A stretch of 64,000 nt of DNA from assembly GCA_000165425.1 (NCBI GenBank), contig CT868097.1, positions 192,867 to 256,866 of the forward strand, given 5' to 3'. Both the position numbers and the translations under genes were made by a program. A model generated the notes under the pieces. The model did not search any database and was not told the DNA's origin. It was given only the letters and a program-made list of their open reading frames with translations. Source of the DNA: Paramecium tetraurelia (lineage: Eukaryota). This document shows positions 27,153 to 40,807 of the stretch, one piece after another (positions within the stretch are counted from its first letter, which is position 1; the number at the start of each line of letters is the position of its first letter).

Positions 27153-27178
27153 TATATAATTATTTTATTTATAAAATA

Positions 27179-29604
27179 ATGCAAATTCAATAAAAAAAAG
27201 CACATACATTACTTTAGACAGAAAGACACTTATCGACAAATGAGTTGATTTCACCAAGAGGGGAAATTTAAAAATTACTATCTAAGTCTCCTTTATAGAA
27301 GGATAAATTAAATGAAAACAGAATTAGTAAAACTGCATTACACGATTCAAAAAAGTATTATTATATACTTAACTAGATCTCGAAATATAGCTATGGATTT
27401 ACAAATGAAAAAATTAAATATTTAAAGAAGATTGGCTAAATTATTTAGAAAAGTTTATTTGATTACAATATTTCTATCCATAAATCAATAATATGATAAA
27501 AAGATAGTAAATGTTAGATTCAATTAAAGAAAATATGACTACCTTATTTATCCAGTATTAATGTTTAAGTATTAAAGTCAAGAACGATAATTTCAAAAAG
27601 TTTTGGGACATTTTTATGTTATTCATTTTGATATATTCCTCTATTTATATCCCATATGTAGTAGCTTTTGAGAATAATAGGAAAGCATATGAAGTAACTC
27701 AATATGTTTTTTCTGTTATATTTAGTAAACTTATTAATTAATAAAGGCACGGATTTGATAGTCTTAACTAGAATGTGCTATTACGATAAACATAACAATT
27801 TAGTGTAAGATTAAACCAAGATTTTTTTAAATTATCTGAAAGGATGGCTTATGATTGATGTGATATCAATAATACCAATACCATTCTGCCAATTAATCAA
27901 AGTGATAAGAATTAAAAGAGTTTAAGAGATTATTAGTTCATCATCCTTAAATTAAAATAAACTGTATAATTTTATTCAAAATTATATAGAATAGAATTTT
28001 GGTTCAACTTTTTAGATCTTTAAAAAGCTACTCTATTTTAAATCTTATTTTTTAGTGTAATTGGATTTCATTATGCCACTTGTTTATGGGCAATATCAAT
28101 TCAATATTCATAACAACATGTTCCAAATTATCTAGAAGCTGTGTATTGGGCAATGTAAACATTATCAACCACTGGGTATGGGGATTCGATACCGACTACG
28201 CCCTTTGAATATTTATGTGCAATAATTGGCACATTTAGTGGTGGTATATTCATGAGTTTAATTATTGGGAATTCTAGACGAATTTTAGATGATATGGATA
28301 CTGAAAGTCATTTTAATAAAACTGCTAATTTATATAAGACTCTGTTTAACTAAATCAATATTTTTCCAGAATACAAAGATCGAATTAACAGATTTCTTCT
28401 TGTAAATCATAAATAAAACTTGAGTTGGACTTTAATTTAAGAAGAATGGTTTAACCTTATTCCTAGAGATATCTAGAATAAAATTTTGCTTTTTGTGGCA
28501 AGGAAAGAATTATTAAAAATTTCTTTATTTAGAATTTCTATACCTTTTTCTTTGAAAATTATACGTCACATTAGTTTGATGAAAGCAAAAGCAGGGGAAT
28601 TTATTTGGCTAAAAGGAGACCCTGTTGATGAGATATATTTCCTGATAGAAGGTTTAGTTTAATATAGAAATTAGTTTGGAAAACCCTTATTATAGATTAA
28701 AAAAGGTGTTATATTTGGAGAATAGGAATATTTTCTAAAAAAATAGGTAATCCAAGTATAATAATAACGATAGCATTATGCTATGGCAATATAAGATTGT
28801 TATTATTTGATCATAAATAAATAGAACTTTTTTGTTAATCTTAAGGAATTTTAGGCACTATAATAATATTTATCAATTCTTGCATTGCATAGATTGGATT
28901 AAATGAACATTCAATATAAATAATATGAAATACAAGCTAATAAAATCAGACTGAATTAACAAAAATTAGAACTGATCAAATAAGCAAATAGAATAGAGAT
29001 AAGAAATTGTTTTTTGGTACCAAACCATGATTAAAATATTATCTATGAAACTAGATAAAGCAACACTGAGGGAATTTTGGATAAATTGTTAAATAATAAA
29101 AAGTCTAAAATCTTAATGCTTATGGATAGATTCAGAAAAGTAGTATAAATGATCATTTTTGCAAATAGAACGTTCGAAATGAAGCTAAAAAAATAGAAGG
29201 CAAAATAACTCAAGAGGAAAGTTAAACCTCATTAAATAGTACCAATCGGTGTTCTTATTAAAATTAGATAGAAATTCATACATATATAAAATGTAAAGAA
29301 AATTGCCTTAGAAAAAAAAAATGAATTCAATAAGATAGTTTAAGCACTTTCACTAAGTAAGATTTAGAACTAAGGCTGTTTTAGAAGATTAAGTAGTTCG
29401 AAAAGCGAATAAACTAAGTATGGCATTATTTTGAATCATAACCCCCATAAATTATTAAATGATTTTTTTTAATAAATGGGTGTGTTAGAAAACAGCTTAG
29501 CTTTGTCGTAATGGTTAGTGAGAGAAATATAGAAAGATATAAATAATGAATTGATAGTCATCAATTAGGTGTTTGAAAACAATGATTTGATAAGGAGTCA
29601 ATGA
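27179..29604 (+). CDS. K+ channel with cyclic-nucleotide-binding domain (EAG/CNG-like, 6TM)
   Basis: KKFWDIF..., YLKGWLMIDVISIIP, pore YWAMQTLSTTGYGDSIP, cNMP domain GEFIWLKGDPVDEIYFLIEG...IFGEQE. Confidence 0.9.
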
Positions 29605-29689
29605 GTTACTTATCTATACTAATGATAAAAGCAACTTCTATTAAAAATTGTTATTTTAATTATTTAAAGAATATAAAAATTGTTTGTTG

Positions 29690-30380
29690 GTTTGATACAT
29701 CGAGGACCCAGTCTTATTGGTATTGGAAGATTCAGAAATTGATGAAACTGTTACAGCCTTAACTAAATTAAAACTGAACCGAATAGAACTAGGGCTATAT
29801 CGTTAGAAAGATTCCAGGAACAGGAGAAATAACAACAGCAAAATAATTTTATAATAAATTTAGAATTCAATGGTTTGCTTGTTATTTAAGAATTTAATGT
29901 CAAAATTTAATGGAGAGAATGAGACACTATTTTGCAGATATATTATTGTTAAAAGCTAGGTAGAGAGATAATTTTTATTGTTGAAATAGATACAATTGCA
30001 TTAAAAAAAAGACTCAAAAATTTAAGACACCTCAAAAATAATTGTATCTATTTTCTATGATTATTAGAAAGTATTTGAAATTGTCTTTTATTATGCAGTA
30101 GAAAATAAGATTTTATTACTGCAATATTAAGAAGAATTGATTTTCTGTTAAATTTGGTTTGCCATATCATTAGATAATGACAAGAGACACTTCCAAGGTA
30201 TAGTTAATATATTAGTAACAAAGTGAGAGAAATACATACTCTCAATTGATTTATGGAATGAGTGAAAAAAACATACCATATATTTGCAAAGATGCAGAAT
30301 GTAGACGGCACCAGAGTTAGTTAGAACTGATATTATCGAGTAATTACTTAGATTGACTTAATATAAGGAGACTTTAACAT
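29690..30380 (+). pseudogene. possible decayed protein kinase gene
   Basis: Scattered kinase-like remnants (IVNILV, ILSIDL, TAPELVR) across broken frames with TGAs. Confidence 0.3.
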
Positions 30381-30426
30381 AAAGATTAATTGAGTGTTAG
30401 ATATATAAATATATTTATTATTTATA

Positions 30427-30967
30427 ATGTCTTAAAACAATAATCGTTAATTGTAGGCAAGGCCAAATAGAAAAACCGAACAAACTTTTGATTTCTTCAA
30501 AAACACAAAAGTTTCAACCTGCAGTTATATCAAAAGAAAAGGGGATGATTTCATTGCAGTTCCATTCTATTATAAACCAAATTAGAGAAATTTAGATTAT
30601 TTGAAGTATAACATATATTTGATTTAAGCAAATCAATGTATTCAACATCAACCAACCATGATGCGTATAACAATAAAAGAAGATGCTTTTCAAGTATGAG
30701 AAACAAACCCTTATCTCCATACGATCCTTTAGCTCATCGAAGCAGATTGGCCGATCAAAGTTTAAGGATCTCTTTCAGCAACGTGTGCTAAGTAGAAATA
30801 GGAGATAGGTTATAAAAAATACTAATCTTAGAAATTAGAAAATGACTAAGCATTACATTACTTAATATAAGAATCACTTGGGTAATTTTGGATAAACCAC
30901 TCCTTGTTCAAACCCTTAGATCATGGCTGAGAGAGCCAAATGGAATCACAAACTCAAGGATAAATGA
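30427..30967 (+). CDS. conserved-looking small basic protein, possibly ciliary
   Basis: KGDDFIAVPFYY..., MRNKPLSPYDPLAHRSRL, CSNPQIMAERAKWNH; two short introns. Confidence 0.7.
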
Positions 30968-31153
30968 CTTCATATTAAATTTAACAATAATTTACTATTA
31001 ACTGCTAGACATCTTACCAAATCCTTTTTGTTAACTGAATAATTTGATTAGATTGGATTCTTCATCAATATTTATAAAGGCTTTTGTGAAAGTCATTGGG
31101 TACATAATAAAACATCAATATCCAATAAAAATGAATTTTATTATTTTAATTTG

Positions 31154-31959
31154 ATGCAAAACTCTTAGAAAAATAGAGAAGATAATAATTCTTCTAGAAG
31201 TCGAAGTGAATCTCCTTTAAGTCAAGAAGAGCAAGAAAGAAGAAAGAAACTCCCTGTTTATGAAAGGACATTGGAAGAAAAAATAATGAGTAAAAAAATC
31301 AAGGCTGTTGAGAAGGATAGGCTAATCAAGGTGTTTAATGCCTTGATTCTATTAGAGCCTAAAAGAATTGAATAAGAAATGGATGGGAATAAGACTACAG
31401 AAGGGGATACTAAACTTGGAAAATAAAAAAAGAAGAAGTCTAATGAACCCAAATTTTCAGCCAAAGCCATTTATGCAATGATGAAAAAGTTAAAATACAT
31501 TCCAGTAGGTGAAGAGGTAGAAAGAATGATTTGGGAAATCGATGAAGATTTAGATGAATAAATTAGCTGGTATGAATTTCAATTGATGTTCAAAAGATGC
31601 ATTAAGGATACTTCTTATCTAGAACCAAGGTATTTAATTGATACAATTAAAGAGGTTTGTTTAACTTTGTACAATTTTTAATGTATGCTTATGACAAGGA
31701 AGCCATTAAAAATACTATAACTGTCGAAGACACATTGGAATTATTGTATGTGAGATGTGGGAGATAAAATCTCGATGGAGAAATATTCAAAATATTTGGT
31801 TAAGATGAGAAGACTGCTGATGGATAAGAAAAGGAAATTACATATTCTGAATATTTGGCTTAGATGAAAAAGAAAGACTTCAGCAATTGGACTGAATTGG
31901 AAAATAAAAAAAAGAAATACGATCCTTCAAAAGAACAAAACCTTAATAAAAAAGATTGA
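31154..31959 (+). CDS. EF-hand calmodulin-like protein
   Basis: MIWEIDEDLDEQISWYEFQLMFKRC...EPRGLFNFVQFLMY...ITVEDTLELLYVR...EITYSEYL; one intron. Confidence 0.85.
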
Positions 31960-32057
31960 TATATTTATTATCTAGAAATAACCATTCATTTCTAACAATC
32001 CATATAAAAATTATTTATAAATGGAAAAAATTCCTAATCTTTTATATCTCATATAAA

Positions 32058-33644
32058 TCATTTCTAATAGACTTTGATATTCCCCTAATGTGGTACTATC
32101 AGTTATTTATCAATTTAACAGAGTTCTTGCCATTGTCCATCCTTCTAAATGGCACTTTTGAATATCTTAGTTGACTTCTTTAAATTTATTACACACAAAT
32201 AACCATCTCCAGAATAACAAACGATCTATTTCGTATTCAATGGTAACAATCTATTTATTTATGTTTAACTTCTACCTATAAATTACATCTTCGCTAACTT
32301 TATAATCCCTTGTTTTAGTTCCCTTCAAAATCTTTATGCTTCCATCTCCCATTCCCAAAGCATACTTGCCCTGCTTAATTTATCCTATACAAAATATGGG
32401 AATTTGGAACTAAGTTGATTTTCTTATTGTTTGACTCGCCAAATCAATCTAATCATTACATATATTTATACAAAATTCAATTAACCATCTTAGCCCACTG
32501 AAACCAACTCTTTATCTAACACAAAATCTGAAACAGGACCTTAATGAGCATTAAAAGACTTAAAATATTTCCTTTCTTTCAAATCCCATAATTTAATTGT
32601 ACCATCTTAAGATGACGATATCAAGTTCCTTAAAGAATAAGACTATAATTTAGATATCCTTTATGTGTGGCCGTTAAGATTGTAGATTTTTAATTTAGAC
32701 TACAAGGAGAAAGCAGTTATGATACCTTACCCTCCAGCAAATAAATAATATTAGTCCTATAATTTAGCGACGGCTAGAGCACTTAATCCTTCATTTGCCT
32801 TCATTCTAAAGTCTAAGGAATAGTTTGGTTTTAGCCATCCAACGATATTGCCTGTATCACTTCCAGATATTAAATGTGTAGGACTCTCTGTAATTGATAC
32901 TATGGAAGCTTCGGATTCATGACCTCCATTTAAAGACTTAAATCTATTTTATTTAATCTTATCTTCTATGTCATACACATATTCAGTGTTGGTCTTATTC
33001 AATGTTTTGGTCGCATCATCATATAATTATTGGACATCATATTAAAAATTTTATAATCGAAAGTTTACCAAAATTTATTATAAAACACTTTTGTTCAAAT
33101 GATGAAATTTTTCAAAAACTTACTTGATTTCATTCACAACTGTTTTATCAAAGGATTATTTCTCTTTAAGCATTAGAACAGCTGAATCATATTCTTATTT
33201 ATTCAGATTAAGATTTTTCATATTAATTAATTATTAGGCCCAGCGATTTGATTGATTAGAATTTATAATTATTCCTTACTCTTACAAAATAAATGCTAGT
33301 TGTTTTTGTTCTAAATCCAAAATGTGATGTTTAAACTTATTTTTGGCTTTGTCAAAAGACTCATCTATGTATTTCAATAATTTTGAATGTTCAGGAAAAT
33401 AATGGCAGGTTGCTTTGTGCAATTCAGGATTGAGAATATATGATAATTCATTTTGGAATTGCTTAATTTCCATTTTCATATTACATTTTTGATGTGTGAA
33501 TTAACAATCACTACATAAGATTCTTGAAGAGTATTTACAAACATCTTCTAAACACACTCCAGATATTTATTTCTTATGTAACTCACAAACTTATTAACTT
33601 AAATTTCTAGTTGAGGCTTGTTGTGTCTGTTATTAAATATTCAT
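32058..33644 (-). CDS. B-box-like + coiled-coil + WD40-repeat protein
   Basis: N-terminal CELH-x7-C-x4-C-x7-CxxC-x3-H; WD repeats LISGSDTGNIVGW, NGHTQRISKL...LISSSQDGTIKLWD. Confidence 0.85.
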
Positions 33645-33759
33645 AAAGTATATTGAAATAAACAAAAAATAAAATATATTAATTTATTAAAGATAAAACT
33701 AATTCTTTTAACTTGATAAATATAATGGAATTATAAACACATGTGAATTTATCTTATTC

Positions 33760-34119
33760 TCAAACATAGTTGACTATTCCAATTAAAACTACATCTTAAA
33801 AAATTTAGTGAATTGATTAAAATCCGGTTTGAATTATAATATCTATCGCAAATATACAACTTATAATTAATTTCATCGATGATATCCTAAGTATTTAATA
33901 TTAATTATACTTATTCATTAGACAATATCCTGCAAAAATGTGAGCAAACCCATATAATGATCTAACTTTCAAACCCAATGCCACAAATTATTAAAAGTTT
34001 TTCATTCCTGATTGTCTGACTGATCTGTCGTAATGCAATTATGTCCAAGGGTCTGTCAACAATTATATTCCATAAATTGCTATGTAAATTCCTATCAGAA
34101 AAACTCCTAATCCTTTCAT
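33760..34119 (-). CDS. small multi-pass membrane protein
   Basis: MKGLGVFLIGIYIAIYGIQLL...SLYGFAHIFAGYCLM...LIISCIFAIDIII; one 24-nt intron; the start may lie ~60 nt further upstream. Confidence 0.55.
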
Positions 34120-34320
34120 TCCTTATTAAGAAACTCTAAAAAATTAATAAAATATTTAATATATAATATATAAATACTCCATCCTAAATATTAAATGAAG
34201 TATAAATTAATGTTTAGCTAAATTAACCATCCTTCTCTTAAAGTATGATTAAAGGCAATAATTGTATTTATTACTGAAAATATTTCAAATTCTTTAATAT
34301 TTACATAAATCTTAAATTAG

Positions 34321-34865
34321 TCAATAGTAAGATTAAGGACGCTGTTATTATTATTATGGGTTTTAAGGGATATTTTATATAGGTTTTTTAGATAAATTTT
34401 TTGCATCTAGTACTTAGTGATGAAGTTATTCATTTTCCTTTTTTAATTTTTCATTATCTAACTTAAGTTCTGAAATTTATTTCTCCAAATAATTTATTTG
34501 CACATTCAATGCCTTTACTTCCCCTTCACCTTACGCCCTAATAACTTGTCGATCCCCTTCTGCCTTTGCAATCTTTTCTCTTAAATTCATACATTCCTTA
34601 TTCATATCATCATATTTTAATTAAAAGTGATAAAGCTTTTCTTCAGCTTACCTTCTCTACTTCTAACTGTCTATTTATTAATGTCATCAATACTTTGTTC
34701 TTCCATCTTTGCTTATTCAAGATCTCTTTGTAACTATTCAACCTATTTGAGTGTTCTCTATAAATGGTAATCTTGTATTGCATTTGTATTTTCAACTTTA
34801 TCCTCCTACTTTTTGAACTTCCTATAACTTTATGTAGTATATGTAGTTGAAGATGGGTAATACAT
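34321..34865 (-). CDS. small coiled-coil protein
   Basis: MYYPSSTTYTTQSYRKF...; a 23-nt intron restores the frame to TGA at 34321. Confidence 0.75.
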
Positions 34866-36309
34866 AAGAATCGTTAATTTAATTATTATAATCAAATATT
34901 TATAAGGTTTGAAATTTTATATTATAAACAATTGCCTCATTTAAATATTAATAATCACATAATTATTTCAAAAAATAAAATTCATAAAAACTATTTCAAT
35001 CGGTTTTAAAGGAGTTAAATTATAGCAAAGGTCTTTAATTAACCACTTCTAGATTGAGATTATTTTTTAAATAAATTTATAGATATTTTTTAATAGAATA
35101 AACTTTTTATTAACAATTAAAATTAATAAAATTATTTTGAAAGAATCATCCAAATAATTAAAGATTTTCATCAAAAGAAAATTAGTCCTAACCCACTTCT
35201 TCCCAATTTATTCATTGAAAGTACAGTTGATATTAAATTTGGATAACCGATAAGAATAGGGTTATTGAGTTTAGAACTCATTGATTAATAGAGAAATGGC
35301 ATCTTTATATTCAAATTTTTTCCTTTTATGATTTTTTGTTACTTTCGATTTCATAAATTATTTCTTAAGAATTAAGAAATTGTTTTCAGGCTTTTTGATT
35401 TGCCAAGCATTTTTTTCTTGAAAATTAATTGAAGATTAAAATTTCTTATTTTTGTTATCTTGGAGTTTTTCATTTTCTATAAAGCTTGACTCGTCGCCTT
35501 TTTATCATTTCTCTATATAGACCAATGTAGAAATGATTAATAAAGAATGGTACCACTCCTTTCATAAAGCCATGAGACTTTATTCGATTTTCATAGTTTT
35601 GAGCTAACTTTAGTTTAATACCCTTTAATTACTTAATATTAGTACATTGATTTTAATTATGTATTTAAAAACAATTGAAAATATTTATATTATAATAAAA
35701 AATCTGAAATAAACGAAAATCAAAAAAATTATACTATTTTTTTCTATGCAAAGATAGTATGTCGGGCATTTCGGAACTAAAAAGAATATTATTTTTTATT
35801 TGTGTATTTATTCACTCTTTTTTTTCAGAAGGTGAATTCCTTGACTACGATTAATAGAAGAATAAATTTTTTGATTTTTGTATTAATTCACTCTAAAATC
35901 CAATAAAACATAATTTAATTGAAAAATTAAATAAAATAATTCAAAATAGAAATCTAAAATAAACCTAGTTTCATTTTTTAACTATGCCATAATTTACTAG
36001 GTAATCAATTCTAAAATCGTAACTTAAGATAAATTGTACATTAATTGCTTGAGATGGAAATCATAAAGTCAATGCCAATTTTGATAACTAATTCAAAGAT
36101 ATTAAGGGAAAATCAATTGTTTTATCTTTAATTTCATCACTTTAGAGTCATTATTTAATCCCTTTAAGATTTTTGAAATTCTAAATAAACATATATAGAA
36201 TGTAAATATTTTATAGAAGATCAGTGTGTTTAAATTCTATATTTAATAGTAGATATCAATTAATAATATAGTATTATTATTTTATTTTTCATAACTTAAA
36301 TAAAACTCT

Positions 36310-38055
36310 TCATTCTATAGCAAATAATGCCATTTTATATTCAGTTGTATTGATAAGGGAGGTTTAGTTGCCAATTCTTCGACCCCCTTATGAATGATCC
36401 AACCACATGCTAAACCTGTATGGATCTTCAGGATCAACATTATCAGCTAATTGAAGATTAACATTCTCATTGGGGGCAAATCCAATTGAAATTCTTGGGA
36501 CAAAGTACCAAAATAAATCTTTGCTCGATCTGCTTTTTCTTGCTTTTTCTCGACTTGTTGTGACTGTAAAGATCTCAAATGCATAATCGCAAGCCATCAA
36601 AGCAAAGTGAGTAGGCTTTTAAAGAGAAATGCCACCGAAACAAGCTATTCCAGTTAAACTGAATGAATTGGACAAATTATAAATTTATTCATGAGTTAGA
36701 GATTTATTTAAATATTAATCTAAATATAAAGTAAAGCCCTACAATAATACAATTGGATAATCTTCCTTAATATTTCCTAATAGATACTTTTGAGCATTAA
36801 AGAAGTGCTTATTCAGCAAAATTCGATAATCTACATACTATCTCATTTCGTAAAAGGTGCTATTCAATTTATCATTCATTTCATGATAATAATTATCAAA
36901 TCTATCGATCAATTCTTTATTATCCTGTTTATGATTCAACTCTTTCTGTTAATTGACAAGTTGTATATTTACACCATTAAAATTTTAAATTTAATTTTGA
37001 GTAATAGATACTTATTCTTTCAATAAATTCAATTCTTAAGAAAGTAAGGATATGGTTTGATTTTGAAAGACCAACATCTCTTTAAATTATTTCTATAAAT
37101 CTAACATTTCTACTTTAAGTTTTTAATTGTATAATTTTAAATATTCAATCTCGCTAGTTAATTTATCATCCAAAGTATTTTTAATTTCTTCTATTTTAAT
37201 CATGTTATCTTATTGAAAATCAGACCACTATTCTTTAATTTAACTGATTTCTGATTCTATTAGAATACTCTCTTTTTTCTAATTTTATGTTTAATTTGTT
37301 GATGTCAAAATTGAGAATTAGTTACTTATTATTACAAGGGTAGCAATAATAAGACAAGCTTTAAAGAGTTTATTGGATGCATATGGATTTTCTAACTTTT
37401 TAATTCTTTCCTCGGCCTGTGCTATTTTCTCTTCTTAACTAATAGAATAATATAATTCATACTTTGTAAACATTTTTTAAAAATCAAGACCTTTTTTTGC
37501 AAGATTACTTCTGACCTTATCAAAAACTTACTTTTGCTTGTTAATAATGTCATTGTGGAATTTTTCATCATTCCTTATATAGAGCTCCAAGATAGATTTT
37601 TATGTTAAATTATTGTATTGTTTAGCTTCATTCAGTATTCTTTAATGATAGCCTAATTCATTTGCAAACATCTAAATTAGAGTATCAACTTCTGACTTTG
37701 CTAATTTAATGAAGTTTAAATCATGAAAGGGGAATTTTTCGATTTTTTATATCTACTCTTTTTGAAAATCAAATAATTTTTGTTATACTTCTTGTAGAAA
37801 ATTAAATCTCCCTTGGTATTTTAATTCTAACTGATTTAAAATATCTTTAATTTCTGTAAAATCATCTAAATGACGAACAGTCTTAGTATTTTTCAATTTT
37901 TGAATTCCTTTTTAATTTGTATGTTGCAATGTTAAACATTTGTGGCATTACAATTAAAATCTCTTAGCCTAAATACATTCAATGTTTGTGCAAATAAAAG
38001 TCCTATTGTGATGTGTTAATTTACACATCTCTTATTCCCCATCTTGTGTCTACAT
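36310..38055 (-). CDS. B-box-like + coiled-coil + TM + C-terminal globular domain protein
   Basis: N-terminal C-x3-HH-x5-C-x4-C-x9-CxxC-x4-H; central LFKACLIIATLVIIS; C-terminal WYFVPRISIGFAPNENVNLQLAD...RFSMWLDHSQGGRRIG. Confidence 0.75.
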
Positions 38056-38309
38056 ATTGAAGAATTAAAAATTTTATAAAGTATTGTCAATATAATTATT
38101 TCAAAATTCAAACAAGGCTAGATTCTTTTAATCTATTTGAATCTTTAAATAAAAAATCAAAAGAAATTATTTGCTACTATTCAATAATAAAATATACATT
38201 TTTTACTACAAATGAAACTTACGAATAATAATTAGAATAAATTTTCCTGGATAAATTCTCCTTGAAATAAAGTGCTTTATTTTATTTAAGAATCACTCCC
38301 ACATATTAT

Positions 38310-39619
38310 ATGTACAGAAATTACTCTCTGGATGATAAGTACAATTAAGAGTTGTTGAATGTTGTAGAAGCCTTTGGTGGAGCTAATTGCAAATATTGGA
38401 CTTAGGTTGCAAGATTATTTTATGAAAGAACAGGACTCGCTGAAACTAAAAGTTATAATCTAAAGAAAAGGTTCAAAATATACTTAATTATATATAGATA
38501 TTAAATATTGACAAATTACTCTGATAATATTAATTTGGAGCAGGAATAAATCTTATATGAAACTGGAATCAAATGCAGAGGTTTAACTAAGGCTGGTCTA
38601 CGGGAATTCTAGAATAAAACTGGATGTAAGTAAGTGTACATATCAATTTCAGTTTGTATCTTGGGAGATATACTTAAAAGATTGCAAGATTTCTTTAAAT
38701 CGGGATAAAAATTATCTCTTCTGCTTATATTCATTTGAAGAACATAAAGAAAAAGAGATTTGGATCTCAATTCCCAAGAATCTCATATGTGGATATTAAC
38801 ATAATGTTGAAGGCAGCGGATATAAAGGAGAAGATAGATGATCCCATTTTTGTTGAATTATAAAATAGTGCCATCAAATTAGAATAGTTATTTTATTAAC
38901 ATGTCAAATGTTTTGATAAGAACATGGAAGAGAGATACGATCATTATATGAAAGTGGCTAACAGGTTGCAATTTAAGAAACTGATGTTTTTTTTATATTT
39001 TTGTGGAGAATTAAAAAGAATTAGCTTGAATATTTTTGATAAAACTAGTAGTTTTAAACATCCTTTGATAAAAAATGATATTGAACTAAATAAGCAATCC
39101 ATTTATTATTAATTACTGATATCTTAAAGTGATTGGAAGCAGAAGTATGATCTTTTTTTTAATTGCAATAACCAACTTTAAACTAATGATTAATTTTCAA
39201 TGCTAATTAAATAAGCATAAACAGATGAAATAGATGAATATGATCTAATACCTAGGAATCAAAAATAAATTTCAAACAAAGTAGCTAATGCATAAATAGA
39301 ATGTATTGGCAAATAAAAAAAACTTAGATATTTTAGGGGGCATTACGTTTAGAGGGGTTAAATAAAAACTACTGGTTAAACAACTATCTATTTTGATCAC
39401 GATGTAGACTCTGAAGAAATTGAGAATGAAGATTTTGAAAAAGTATTACAGAAATAAAAGGAGAAAGAGGAATTTGAAAAATAAAAAGAGTAGTTTATCA
39501 AAATTTATAATTAAATGTTTGCTAAGGAGGAAGAGGCTGATAAGTTTAAGGGTTAAAAGGAAAAGGATACTGAAAATCAAAAAAATAACAAGTTAAAAAA
39601 AAAAGCAAGAATACTTTGA
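38310..39619 (+). CDS. Myb-like DNA-binding protein
   Basis: QELLNVVEAFGGANCKYWTQVARLFYERTG...LKKRY resembles a SANT/Myb repeat; acidic and basic C-terminal tail; short introns; start approximate. Confidence 0.65.
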
Positions 39620-39743
39620 AATGTATGTAATTAATATTTAGTTTTATAAATTGTCTATTAATTATATAATTTCATCCTTATTCTCAAAATGTGATAAATG
39701 ATTTAAATATGTATTAGGGATTGTTGAATTTTTAATAACTACT

Positions 39744-40394
39744 ATGAATCCGAGATACAATTACCCAAAAAGATCTGTTTCCAGCATGGATAGATAATAA
39801 ATACTTAAAGCCTTGCGAAGTAATCCATCTGATAAAGAGATTGAATATCTGGCATAAGAATATGATCTGAAACCGCGTACAATCAAGGGTTGGCTAAAGC
39901 AGCAATCTAAAAAGTACAACAAAGCATCTGAATCTGATGAAGATATTCAAAGTAATGGAAGAAAAACTAAAGCAGATAAGGATCTACTAGATTTTGAAAG
40001 AAATTTTAATTAAAATTCAGATGGCTATCACTATGAAATAACAAATATGGATCTCTTGAAGACTGCAAAAAACCTGAATTAATAAGAGTATGAAAAACCT
40101 TAGGTTGTGCAAACGTAGAAGCAACAATCAACTCAACAACAATCTATTAAACCCTTGAGTAGTGAGAATTTTTTTACCATGAAAATTGATAATCAATAAT
40201 AATAATAGTCATAAAAATGTTCACTCTAAAATTTTGATGCCCTTTTATTATTATTAGATTAAGATGATGAAATACACCATATGGTAACCTTACTTAGGAA
40301 TTAGGAGAAACAAATTGAAGAATTGAAAAAAACTCAATCAGATATTCTAGAATATATGTGTTCACATTTGACAAAGAAACCAAAGAAGATTTGA
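39744..40394 (+). CDS. homeodomain-like HTH protein with C-terminal coiled coil, 216 aa
   Basis: Intronless 651-nt ORF; NPSDKEIEYLAQEYDLKPRTIKGWLKQ. Confidence 0.7.
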
Positions 40395-40480
40395 TTTAAA
40401 TATTATAAATTATCACCAATTTTAATAAGTATCAAATAATGTATGAATTTGACAAATACCTTAAAATAAATTGAAAAATT

Positions 40481-40523
40481 CAAAGATACAAAGATACAAA
40501 GGTACAAAGATACAAAGATACAA
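40481..40523. repeat. 8-bp minisatellite (caaagata)x5
   Basis: caaagata caaagata caaaggta caaagata caaagata caa. Confidence 0.9.
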
Positions 40524-40807
40524 TATAGAATTAAAAAGCTAAGATGAATCCCATAAAATGTTCATCGTTTACATTACATCAGATTTGAATTTAATAAGAT
40601 TATATTATTTGGAAATAGTAAAAATGTTTGTATGTCTCTAAACTGATTTAATATAAGTCCTAATCAATAGGAAATTTATGCCCAATTTAGATTTAATTTT
40701 GCCATATATCTTCAACACAAAAATATATGATAATTTCTGCATTGCTTTTTTAATGGCTTAAGTATCCTACATAATGGAAATAGAACATTTAAACAAAAAT
40801 AAACCAA

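Noticed and set aside
35100..35650. Possible minus-strand gene
   Set aside because: Open segments exist, but no consistent start or splice model and no recognisable domain could be built
40481..40523. Short repeats as a CRISPR array (also 3907-3960 and 75-143)
   Set aside because: Head-to-tail tandem units without spacers, eukaryotic context, no cas genes
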